Shown piece by piece: positions 52,901 through 64,000 of a stretch of 64,000 nucleotides of DNA. Below the pieces are notes generated by a model. The model searched no databases, was not told where the DNA came from, and saw only the letters and a list, made by a program, of their open reading frames with translations. Origin of the DNA: Yuukianura sp. NJ FZ-2021 (Eukaryota); NCBI GenBank assembly GCA_046563655.1, contig CM102290.1, positions 12,400,001 to 12,464,000 of the forward strand, in the 5' to 3' direction. The translations under genes were made by a program, and so were the position numbers. The stretch's first letter is position 1. The number at the start of each line of letters is the position of its first letter.

Positions 52901-55900
52901 GAACTGACGTCCCAAGACACGAGCCATGAACTCAGACGTCCTTCCCCCTCGGAAATTCAAAACTCACCGCTCACACAAATTGCCAAATATGTTGCCACCA
53001 ATAGCGAGGTCAGTGCTTAAGGGACAAATCGAACCAAATAGGAGTGCTCATGCGTAGTAGATCACCATTTTCTGTTGTACTGCGCAGATTTTGAATATTG
53101 GAGATGCCATTCGGTGGTATTCGGAGTCGGCTGGAGCAGGGCTGAGCTCCACTTCGCAGGACCTGATGCGCATAGCGGACGCAAATTACGAGTACCCTGA
53201 AGCCCTGCCGAAGAGTATTCTCTGCATGCCGATATACAATGGACAACGTCAGGTTATTGGAGTGGCACAGCTCATCAACAAGGTCAGTCCAAGACACGCT
53301 AATGCAATTTTGCCAATTGTATCAACTTACATCATTGGACCAACACGTCAACCAACCCTAATAGAACACGCAAAGCTAAACAGTTAGTAATTGATACAAT
53401 TCTAGTTGTCGAAATGGCGGTTGATCCTATTCTTGTTGATGCAATGTTAGTTAACACATTTAACGGTTGATGCAATTGTAGTTGACACATTTAACAAATG
53501 ATGCAATTCTAGTTGACCAAATTCTTGTTGATGCCACACTAGTTCATAGATTTAATCATTTGTTAATCAGATTTAAATCATACTTGATATACTGATCAGT
53601 TGATGCGATTCTAGTTGATGCAATTCTAGTTGACGCATTGAAAAGTTGATACAATTCTAACCATTGACGGAATTTTAGTTGATGCAGTTCTAGTTGAAAC
53701 ATTTATCAGTTGATGGAATTGTAGTTGATTAAACGACGATTGATGCCATTAAATTGATAAATTAAATTACGTTGTCCATAAGCGGTTGGGTTTAGGTTAG
53801 TAAGGATTTCGAAGCGGCAAGTTTTAAATGAAAATCAATCGAAACTTGATTGATACAATGTTTTTGTGTCGACCAATTTCAAAAATTCATATAAATTTTT
53901 AATTTTTTGTCCTTCCCACATTTTTGGCAGACAAACAATCAACCATTCACAGACAGTGACGCCAACACGTTCGAAGCCTTTGCCATTTTCTGTGGCCTAG
54001 GAATCCACAACACGCAGTTGTACGAGGGTGCTTGTGAGTCTAAACACTTTGAACTTAATTAATTCATTGCCAATTAATGAGCCAAAGTCCATACGCTTAC
54101 AAAATCTCTGGAACAGACTCCAGAACTTTTATTTGGCTTGAGTGGCTTAAGGGCTTCACTTGGAAAACGTGAAGCGTACAGTTACTAATTAGCTTCTTCG
54201 CAAAAGTTCAAAACTCCTGGTTTTTTCCCTCCCAAACTTTGTCAAAATCCTCGTCTAACTCATTTTTGAAACTTTTTTCTTTAAAAAAAAGGCATTTTAA
54301 ATTCTGAAGTTGTTCCGGTCTAAAGTCAAATGTGTGGTGCTGTTCAGCTTAAGATTTGCTTTTACTTCTAGGAAATGAAGCCTCTTTGGCTCCAAAATCC
54401 TAAATCTTGTTTATCCATGTTCAGGCAAACTGATGGCAAAGCAGAGTGTGGCTCTGGAATGTCTGTCGTACCACGCAACGGCGTCACCGGAAGACACTGA
54501 GCGACTGCGCAAGGACGAAATTCCGTCAGCTACACACTACAATCTGTTTAGGTGAGTTCCATTTTTCCTATGTCGCTGGCTCAACTTTAACTTCTGAGGG
54601 GCAAAAAAAAGGAAGAACTGGTTTAGATTAAAAGTAATTTCGTTTTTTGAGGATTTTTTTTTGAAAATTTTTCTTCCAAAACTTTTTTTTTCAACGACAA
54701 AGGATAAACGGCTTAACGGCTTCAAAATTTTACTGAAACGTTTTTTGAGTTCATTTTGTGAGAGTTCGCAACATAAACTTGGTACGAATCTTCGATTTCA
54801 CCAATATCCTTGATGAATTGCATGCTTTTTACTATGCGGTTATTCGTAAATTTTGCTTAGAAGGAAAGTAAAAATTTTCCTAACTTTTTGAAATTTGAAT
54901 TTTGAATGCTTTCCGCGCCTTTTCTTTGACTGCCCAACCTTATCCAATTGCAGTGACAACGTCAGCTACAATTAAAATGTGTTGCGCCAGTCGCTGGTTG
55001 AAAGTGAACTGGAAGTTATTTGGGGTCGAATGTGCCTTGACTTTTAATTTCGAATTTTCCCTCTTCCTCTTCACAGCTACGTCTTTAATGATTTTCCGCT
55101 GACGGATAGCGATACGTGCAAAGCCACAATCCGAATGTTCCTGGAGCTCAACCTCGTGACCAAGTTCCACATTCCGTACAAGGTAAGGCTCACATTCAAC
55201 AGTCTCCCTTACCAAGCCTAAAGTTTTCTCAAAAATCCGAATTCCCAAGTGCCGTCACGCTTCTATCTTCGACGTGTACCTGTCTTGCCGCATTAGGCGT
55301 GCAGGTCATTTCAATTCCAGAAAATGAATTGTGCGAGGTCAATGCCCTCTGTAGACACTACGAACACAACAGTTTTCCAATGTACTTTAGTTTCTGGACA
55401 GAAAAAGCTTAGAAATGGAGTGTGACAGGTCTTCAGGGACGTTGCATCTCACAAAAGTTGACTCAAAGTGTGATGGCAACTTCGACCGTAGTCAATCAAA
55501 ATCCACTTTCTCACTGTCACACCTAATTCACTTCAAAATATGACGCTAAAAACATACTTACTGGAAAATAATTTTTTTATTATTAAAAAGTATATTTTTA
55601 TACATAATTTAATTGTTTATATTATATTAAACTGTTCTTCAGGTGCTGTGTCGATGGGTGCTCAGTGTAAAGAAAAACTACCGACCTGTAAAGTACCACA
55701 ATTGGCGTCACGCCTTCAACGTCGCCCAGACCATGTTTACTGTCCTCAAAACCGGCAGAATGGAGCAGTTTCTGGATGATCGAGACGTAATTAACAACTT
55801 GACTTTAGTGCTTAATGACTAGGAGTGTACACCCGTCACTGCTTTTCAGAAATCCGGATTTCGGATTTTGACTAAAAAATATGGATTAAGATCCGGAGTT

Positions 55901-58137
55901 CAGAATGGGATTTTTTATACGAAAATTGTTTACTTTTTCCAAATTATGAACAACTTTAATTTTAAACTTCAAGAACCATAAAAAAAGTTGATAATTGTCT
56001 TCAGAAATGCTTTTTTTCTTGTTAACTTGGATCAAGAAATATTTTTTACGTAACCTCAATTTTTCGGTTATCGATATCAATTTTCCATGCCCAAAATGGA
56101 ACGAAAAATTCGTCAAACCCGGATTCCATGTTTCTGAAATCCGGATTTGGAAGAATCCGAATCCGTAGAAAATCCGGATTTATCCGGAACAAGAATCCGC
56201 ATCACCACCCCTATTAGTGTCCTGTAAGCTAAAACTTAATTGCAGATCCTGGGTCTCATGGTGGCCTGTCTGTGTCATGACCTTGACCACCGCGGGACAA
56301 ACAACGCCTTCCAGCAACTCACTGCCTCTCCGCTGGCCGTCCTCTACTCCACGTCCACCATGGAGCACCACCACTTCGATCAGTGTGTCATGATCTTGTC
56401 CTCGGAAGGCAACAACATATTCCAGGTCAACCACAGTTTTTAAAACACGCATACACGTTTCTTGAAAAAAAAAATTCTAATTCAAACGAAATTTCTAAAA
56501 CAATTTGATTCAAAAATTTCAAAACAGCATACATATTCTTTCGTTCTTCGCATTTTTTTCAAGATTTTTGAAGTTTGACCTTGTGAACTTTGTATTTCCA
56601 GGATCTTTCTGCCGACAACTACCGACGTGTGATGAAAATTGTCGAGAGATCTATCCTGTCCACTGATCTAGCAATGTACTTTCGAAAAAAAGACAGATTC
56701 ATTGAACTGATTGAAAACGGGGAGATTGCGTGGCAGGGTGACGACAAGAAAGATCGTAAGACCAAATATTTCTCTATCACATTTCAAATTAAGTAATTGT
56801 TTTTACCTCGAATCAAATAATAATAATAGAATAAGGTTAGTGTAATAGTAAAAATTTGGCGCTTTGGTTTTGAAATTTCGAGGTCACTGAGGTCATCTGA
56901 GCAGAGAATGTTTTGTCCTTAAGCGAATCTGGTCTCCCAAGCTTATTTCTTTGTGTTTGTTTAGTACTCTGCGGAATGATGATGACTGCCTGTGATGTGG
57001 CGGCCATTTCCAAACCGTGGGAAATTCAACACAAAATTGCCAAGCTGGTGGCAGACGAGTTTTTTGACCAGGGAGACCTCGAGAAGGAGCAGCTCAACCA
57101 ACAGCCTGTGGTAAAACACATAACTTATTCATACCATATTGTGTCCGGGATACGGAATTTTTCAAAAATTCGGAATTTCTGAAATCACTTCCAAAAAAAA
57201 AGTTCAGTGAAACAAAGTATAAGGGATTCCATTTTCTGGAACTCATTTCCATTTCGAATAGCTTAAGATTTCTGTTTGAAAACAATCTTTTTGGACCTAG
57301 AAGGTCAAAGGTCAAAATGAAAATTGACTAAAACATTTCATCAACTCTTAGGCTATGATGGACCGTGAAAAGAAAGACGAACTACCCAAAATGCAGCTTA
57401 GCTTCATCGATGTCATTTGCCTTCCACTTTACAAAGTAAGTTCAAAGTTGACCTTTGACCTTTAAGCTTAACATTTCAAAAATGTACTTTTCTACAGACA
57501 CTGTCAGATACTTTTCCTTGGCTGAAACCGCTGCTTAGTGGCTGCATAGCCAATCGAAATAATTGGCAAGACTTGGCCGAGAAAGTTGACATGGGGCTAA
57601 CATGGATTGACCACGACGTTATCGAGAACCCTGTTGAAGAATTCTCTCGTAAGCATTAAAAATTTCTGAAATTTTGAAATTTCTGAACTGAAATTTCAAA
57701 AATTCAAAGTTTGGAATTTGAATTTTAACTTCGCAGGAGATTCAGAGCCACAAGACGTAAATTTCGTAGTGACGACACTGAACTGCAGTAGTAGTGATCC
57801 AGAAAAGAGCTTCGATTCGGAAATTGTGCGCCGGTCACGTTCAAAATGGAAACTGCGGAAACTTTTCCGCGAAGGAGGTGGTCACCTACACAAATCGCAA
57901 TCTGCGTCGTCGCAGTCCAAGACACCGTCAGACCCCTCTTCAACGCCCGTCCAACTCAGTCACCAAACGCCGCAGAAGAGCTATGACGAAGTTGACAAAG
58001 GGCCAGCCGACTCCCACGCATGCCCACCACCCAGCCAAAACAAATTTAACTTTGACGAAGAGAGTACCTTGAGACGAGGCAGTACTACTACTGGCAGTAG
58101 TCCAGCTTCTGCCAAACAGAAATGTACAATTTCCTAG
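46925..58137 (+). CDS. Pde6: cGMP-specific 3',5'-cyclic phosphodiesterase (invertebrate PDE6 / PDE5-like), two GAF domains, C-terminal CaaX; ~19 exons
   Basis: N-terminal [15 protein letters not shown] and [17 protein letters not shown] ([40 protein letters not shown]); GAF-B ([24 protein letters not shown]); catalytic [58 protein letters not shown]; ends KQKCTIS*. First coding exon 46925-47675, last 57737-58137. Confidence 0.93.
47870..48141. mobile_element. CAAGGTT-terminal MITE, subfamily B, intronic in PDE
   Basis: B sequence; 9-bp TSD gtcctaaag/gtccttaag. Confidence 0.88.
49405..49750. repeat. Intronic element built from GGTTCAA/TTGAACC motifs in inverted arrangement
   Basis: ggttcaa/gttcaaa motifs in the left part, many ttgaacc/tcgaacc motifs in the right part; ends not defined. 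Confidence 0.5.
50544..50850. mobile_element. CAAGGTT-terminal MITE, subfamily A, nested in an older inverted-repeat element (~50487-50940)
   Basis: A termini intact; flanks tggacggctatttatgagcca and tggttcataaaagccatcca are inverted repeats of each other. Confidence 0.85.
51805..52043. mobile_element. CAAGGTT-terminal MITE, subfamily D, opposite orientation
   Basis: Reverse-complement similarity to 38685-38973; left TIR degenerate (ctacgttg); TSD gtatcagc/gtaacaac. Confidence 0.75.
53390..53750. repeat. Degenerate ~15-bp tandem array (ctagttgatgcaatt) in a PDE intron
   Basis: Many gttgatgcaattcta-like units. Confidence 0.8.
55820..56213. mobile_element. hAT-like MITE with AATCCGGATT palindromic subterminal repeats
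   Basis: TIR taggagtg...caccccta; 8-bp TSD ttaatgac/ttagtgtc; multiple atccggat motifs at both ends. Confidence 0.75.
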
Positions 58138-58981
58138 GAGAACAGATTGAAATACATTTGAACGAATTAATCGATTAATTGATTCTATACCTTTTAACTA
58201 AATTGTTAACATTCCCGCGAGTATCCTGATCTACGATGCAACTTTATATTCAGAACGGGTCGTCCATGTTTAGAGGAGCGAAGCTGTCCGAAACAAATCT
58301 AAAAAAACTAAAATCCTTCCTAAAATATTCAGAAAACTGAAATTTTGAATTTTGAAACGTTTGGGCAGTTTGGTGATAATCTGATATCCCAAAAAGTTAA
58401 GTTTATTATTTAGAATTCATACCCATGACTTATTGTAGGTGATGCTGAGATAAATGATGCTAAACAGGGGTCACGTGACCTCAAACAGATTACGCTTAAT
58501 ACTAAAGTAGCATTGAAAAGTGTAAAGTTTAACAGTTTACGATTGATGACGATTGGTGCAATTACAAGGTTGGACACGTTCTAAAAAGTAGTTTATATTT
58601 CCAGGTCGTGTGTTCTTAAATCGTCAGGTCCTTCTGGACTCTCAATTTGAATCTATATTAAAAAGTTATTCATGTGAATAATGTTATGTAGAATTTCAAT
58701 AAACTTATTATTGTCCAGTGTTACTTTATGTTTAGGTGGTAGATTTCAAAAAAGTTATTCAAATATTTCGTAATGAAAATGTCTGTTGTTTCCCATGGCA
58801 ACAGGATAGCTTTTTGTTGTTGTTACCATGATGAGATGATGACGTTCAGTTTGAAAACGTCGGTTTACTTGTTCCATCAAAATTTCCACGAATCCGGACC
58901 TGCGCAAAGCGCTGGGTGACTTTGTAACCAGGTCCCAGGTTAGGATTGTCGTCACCCAAGTCACCTCCTCCAGAATCCAAG

Positions 58982-59302
58982 ATGTCGTTCTGGTCCAAGT
59001 TGACGAAAGTGCTGCCGATAATTAACTTTGTGATTGCCTCCACAGCCCTTGGATTTCAAATCGAAGTGCTCTACCCTTGGCATCCAGAAACAGGAACTCT
59101 CATTGAGAAATTCCAAGTGAAGCAGTCACAGGACATGGACAAGGTCGTCAAGGCTGAGAGACCACTTCATGATGCCATTCTTCGTGACATGAACAAACTC
59201 AAAAGTCGGGTCAAAGAGGTCAAGGAAGGCTACTCTCGAGTCCAACCAAACCAGCGAAATACGGGTATCCAAGTTCCTGGCAGTGGAGACCGTAGCAATT
59301 GA
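58982..59302 (+). CDS. Small intronless protein (106 aa) with one TM helix and coiled-coil-like C-terminus
   Basis: ATG 58982; hydrophobic VLPIINFVIASTALGFQIEVLYPWH followed by a charged helical segment; higher GC than flanks; AATAAA near 59420. Confidence 0.7.
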   Translation: MSFWSKLTKVLPIINFVIASTALGFQIEVLYPWHPETGTLIEKFQVKQSQDMDKVVKAERPLHDAILRDMNKLKSRVKEVKEGYSRVQPNQRNTGIQVPGSGDRSN

Positions 59303-60098
59303 GCAACTTCCAGCTTCCTCCATTGACTTCGTCGACAACATCAAAATTGTTTAAGCAGTACCGTACACGAAATTAAATACATTTTACTGAGAAAGTGACA
59401 CAAACTCATTCCAAAATTGAAATAAACTATATATTATAACTACATATAAGCGTTATCCGCTATGCATGTATTCTGTCTACTCTAATATTAGTGGTAACGA
59501 TAATAACGATTTGGTTTCATTCTTACGAATTAACTAAATAGCACTAGTGTAGCTTTCTTTTAGTTAGCGTTTCTTTCTTCAAGTTAACAACGTTAACTCG
59601 CGACGCAGTCGCAATAGGCATTGCTGATGCTGTTGTATGTTGTAATGTTGTAGAGATGTTCATCTTTATTTCTTTGTCTCTCTTGTGGCCTATCGTAAAT
59701 ACATGAGTTTTTTTAATCTCAAAGTCTATTAGGCAACATTAGGATTTTTTATCTGAAAGTCTCAAAACTCAATGCATTGAATCCATACTGATTGAAAAGG
59801 CAAGACAAGTTTTATCGATAACAGTTACCAACAGACATGACTTTGTAGCCTTAACTGCACTGTTCTTGTGGACCCAAAGGAATTGTGTGTGACAAGGCAC
59901 AAGAGTAACGATCAGTGATCGTTACACTAAATTTTGTCCGTTTTATCATTGTCCAATTTATCGCAGATCTGAAGAGCCAGAACAGCAGATTTACGTTAAC
60001 ACTGACCACGAAACATTCTTTTGTGAGGACCTCGGGACGGATTGTTTCAAGCGGTGTGCCGTCCGCTAGCTCGACGTTGTTAAGCAGCTTCGCTGCAA

Positions 60099-61614
60099 AT
60101 GGGACTCCGGGATTTGTACTACTACACTTGGTCGCCGGAATCGAGTAGAACAGCTAGCGAGGGAACGATGAACGACAGCGGCGTATCTGCTGCATTGCCG
60201 GACGGCACACACAACGAGAGCTACTGGACCTGGCCAATACCCGGACGACGAACGCTTTGCTGGCTACTGGTTCTGTTCTTTGTCGTTTTTCTGGCTCTTG
60301 TTTGCTCGATAGCTTTCACACCGTCTTCGACATCCACAGAAAAACCAAGGGCAACTCAATCAAATACTTTGACAGCAGGTAATATAATGCGTATTACAGT
60401 ACTGTATTATTGTAATTGAGAGTATAAAACTAAAAGTTCATTTGGTCATTTGGCAGGTCACGCTCTGGTCATCGATGAACCGAAAGATAAAGGTACAACG
60501 GTAAACCACCAACAGGCTTTGACGGACATAGCGAACGGCACTAACGAAGTACTTCTACCGAAGGATATTTTGGAAGAATTTAACAGAAATCCAGAACATG
60601 GTAATTATTCAATCCTGCCAATTGCGGTGTATTTGATTTGGAATATCGATTGACATACGTTTTTCCTTTCTCGAGGTTGTGGAGCCGGTGATGCGCTGTT
60701 TAATTGCCACGAACCAGGGTAAGGATTTTGGCACTCCGTTTAAATCGTGTTTACTCGTTTAATTATGTTTGAACAACTTCTTTTCATTAAATTGAAAATT
60801 TAGTATGTTTGCTTTCACGTTGCTCTTCGCCTATAAAATGTGACTTTAGTTCTCACAAATCGAAAATGTTAATTCGTTTTTCTTCTAAAATTTCAGTGAA
60901 GCTGCTCCGAAATGTATTCCTTTCTACCTCGTCTGTAATGGAAAAATCGATTGTCCGACAGCCAGAGACGAGGCAGCATGCATTACGCTCTCTACCAACG
61001 CTTCATTTTTATCAATTGGCGCTGACTCTATGTAAGTCATCAAGTGAATGCTTGATTTTCATCAATCAAGTTATCAACCTCAACCATGCGCTTAATTTAA
61101 AATTCTGATTCGGCTTAACTTACCCGCCCTCCGCCGTGGGGGAATATCTTATAAATTCCATTTCATCTTCATTGCACTGTTTCAATCAATTGTGTAACAG
61201 CCTTAGTATTTGAGCCACCATCCCCATTCAAATTTAATTGTTCCGATGCAAATAGTAATTTCATAAACTTTTTGTTATTACAGGCCCAGTATGATCAACA
61301 ACCAACGAGGCGAAGGCTACGTGTTAGTTCGTATTAACGGAGTCTGGCATCCGTACTGCAGCAATGATTGGACCACAGCCCTGTTGGAAGGAATTTGTGA
61401 CCTGCTGGGATTCTCCACAGTGGCTCATGAGATACGTCAAACTTTGACGCAATTCAATTCGGAACAGACGAATAAGGAAGTCACTGCATCTCCGCTCCTT
61501 GTTCTAAGATCTGCTGACTCTACCGAGCCGACTAAGGTGATCCACACCAATGAGCAAGCAGTAGGGAATTTTGGGTGGAGTGGCTGTGAAGTCCTGTTTT
61601 TGAAGTGTCGCTGA
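60099..61614 (+). CDS. Type II membrane protein with one LDLa repeat and an SRCR-like domain, no protease domain
   Basis: Five exons (approx. 60099-60378, 60457-60600, 60676-60718, 60897-61031, 61284-61614) in frame. TM LCWLLVLFFVVFLALVCSIAF; LDLa CGAGDALFNCHEPGEAAPKCIPFYLVCNGKIDCPTARDEAAC; SRCR-like GYVLVRINGVWHPYCSNDW...ICDLLGF...CEVLFLKC*. Confidence 0.8.
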
Positions 61615-62050
61615 TTAAGCGGCAGAACATGAATGGACATGACTTGAGCCTTGTTCCTTACATTCACATTTTCTTCTTTATTTTCTTCAGATTAATGTAT
61701 TAGGAATAGTGAGTCAAGAGGTTGGAGGTCAAAGGTGAGACCCTGCTGACGCGTCTAGAATGAGTAATTAGGTTTGTGGTTGTGTTGATTGACGCCTCCT
61801 TTGTTTTAGAGTAGGGTAAATAGTAAATGGTAAGGATGAACTCTGGATATGTCCCAATGTTTGGTTAGTTCTAGGAATGGAAGGCATAAATAAACCTAAA
61901 GGCATAGTTCCTACTTGCATGATTCTCAGAACAGACACCGTACAGATTGACAGTGATTGATAAAGTAGCGACTAACTTTCATATCTCAAGTCCATTCTAA
62001 CCAGCGAAGTTAATATTAGTAGTACAAGCTCATTTTTCCATTTTGCAGTC

Positions 62051-64000
62051 ATGACAACGGTTCTAAGGGTCAACGGCATTGTCAAGTTCCTCTTGACCTT
62101 GGCAACTTTTCAGGTACTGCTGGACTGTACGCTGGTGTGCGTGGCTGCTCGAAGACGCCGTGTGCCCAGGCAACAGAGTTTGCCTCCTGTGCTGGTCGAA
62201 ACGAGAGGCATTTGTGGGAAAGTGCCGCGAATTCAAATTCATGACGCCATCAAATCACAAGCAACAGTGACTCCATTTGGACAAGTTCCTTGGCAGGTAG
62301 GTCAGAGGTCAACTATGACATAAAAAATTAAAATTCATGTTTAGTTTTTTTTGTTTTTTGTTTTTTTTTTGGAAAATAGGTTGGTATATTTTATGGCCAG
62401 CATAACGAGTCGTTTCTCTGTGCTGGGACATTGATTAGCAGAATTCACGTTTTGACGGCCGCCATTTGTCTCGTTTCGGTTCAAAGTAGTGAGGATCTGC
62501 GTCTGCGTCTTGGTGACTGGGACATTTCGGACCATGATTCTAATTTTGAAGCCTACCAAGCTTTTCATACAACGGCGAAGAAAGTTATAATTTTGCAAGG
62601 TAAGCATATTCGTTTTTGTTTTTCAGATTTTAGAATTTGACTTTTTCGTTAAAATTATATTTCCAGACAATTTTTTTTGCAGGCGATGAACCAATGCGAC
62701 CGTCTTTGAATGCAGTGGCACTCTTGACCCTAAATGAAGCAGTTGACTTTGACCTGTATCCGCAGGTCAGGCCAATTTGTCTTCCAGAAGTCACTTCTTT
62801 GCAAAACGAAACCAAAAACAAGAAAGAAGAGGTCGTCGAAAACTGCTTTACGTCAGGATGGGGTTACCAAGATCCATCGGTGAGCAAACGAGAACAAAAT
62901 ATTGCCGGTATTTATAACCTGTCAAGCATTCCTGACTAATTTAGCATTTTGATTCACAATTATAGGTTGCCGAACCTCCCCAAAACGTGACTTTCAAATC
63001 AAAATTGGACAAACACGATGAAGCCGTGACATACCAAAGCGTGGACAGCGTCAAAAGTCAAGAACCTTTGGACAAGAACGTCACAGACGCTGTTCTTCCG
63101 AGATCGCTGAGCAGTTCCCAGGAAAAACCCACTTCGCCCATACTTATTTTAGTGCCACTGGTTCTGGATGAACAGGAAGAAAAAAACTACCGAATGGTGG
63201 ACCCTGTTCAGGAAGAGCGAATTCCCGACTACTTCACTGCCAATATGCCGGTCAGTATTGATCCAGTATTCAACGCGGATTTGGATTTACTCCCATTGAC
63301 CAACCATGACTCATGGGAACTCGCACCTTACACTGCCGTTACAAATGCAGACGGCATTCCCGAAGAGTGAGAAAATTTAAAACTGAAAAAAATAACGCTG
63401 GACAGTTTTCAAAAAAAAATATTTTTTTTCAAGTCATTTCTATTTCTATTTTCTAGGAATCATGAAACTGCGGTGGAAAATTCAACGCAGTTCCACGTTT
63501 TGCATCGAGCCATGTTTCGTCACAAGGAAAAGTACAAGAGTGGAAAAGACTTTCTGCGCAGGAAATTTAGTCTGGACGCAGCCTCAATAGAAGAATCTAA
63601 TCCTGCAATAGTAAAAGAAGACATTTTACTGGACAAACGAAACCAGGGACAAGAAAAGTCCAATGTCAATACAACATTGGCTCAAACAACATCAACAACC
63701 GGAAGCCCTCAGGCACTTTCTGCCTTCCCAATGCCAGTTCCACCGCAGAATGTGCATAAACAGAGCCTGTCGCTTCTTAAGGCAGCATCGGTGTCACTCC
63801 AGCGATCTTGTGCTGCCATCCCGGAAGTCGAGAAAGGTGAAGCTACGGTTGGAAAGGCTTGTATTGTTCCAACCAATCCGGAGTATCGCTCTCTTTGCAT
63901 GGTACTTCAACTTCAACATAGCAACAGTTCTTTTCAAAACTTAATTTCTAATTTTGTTTCTAAATAGGTCAACCTGGGGTCACCAGTGACCTGCAAGGGT
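62051..64000 (+). CDS. Secreted serine-protease homolog (trypsin fold, inactive; masquerade/PPAF-like), 3' end beyond the window
   Basis: Exons 62051-62296, 62380-62599, 62683-62879, 62966-63366, 63457-63901, 63968->64000. Hydrophobic N-terminus, ICG, FGQVPWQV, FLCAGTLIS, LTAAIC, RLGDWD, NAVALL, VRPICLP, CFTSGWG, VNLGSPVTC. Confidence 0.85.

Noticed and set aside
58120..58137. PDE C-terminal CaaX as a novelty
   Set aside because: A prenylation motif is already known for Drosophila PDE6; used only as supporting evidence.

Overview
Eukaryotic genomic DNA, AT-rich, with short GT-AG introns. Gene content points to an arthropod (inference; species not identifiable from the sequence). All exon structures were read by hand. 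Nine protein-coding genes in order: KSR-like kinase (-, 1622-4588); an unusual GPCR with signal peptide, LRR-like ectodomain and FMRFamide-receptor-like 7TM (+, 7086-9899); ATMIN/ASCIZ (+, 10513-12526); NSD/Mes-4-like H3K36 methyltransferase (-, 12950-18018); CCDC142-like (+, ~19712-23946); then ~23 kb without recognisable coding sequence but dense in MITEs and nuclear-receptor motifs; GAF-GAF cGMP phosphodiesterase of invertebrate PDE6 type (+, 46925-58137); a small intronless TM/coiled-coil gene recalled as fungal-like (+, 58982-59302); a type II TM LDLa/SRCR-like gene with no protease domain (+, 60099-61614); and a catalytically dead serine-protease homolog running off the window (+, 62051->64000). 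Fourteen non-autonomous elements share CAAGGTT...AACCTTG termini with 8-9 bp target-site duplications (TSDs). One inserted exactly on a CCDC142 splice donor and appears to have replaced it with a GC donor. Eleven perfect AGGTCAnAGGTCA (DR1) motifs and several IR1 (EcRE-like) palindromes occur, far above chance.
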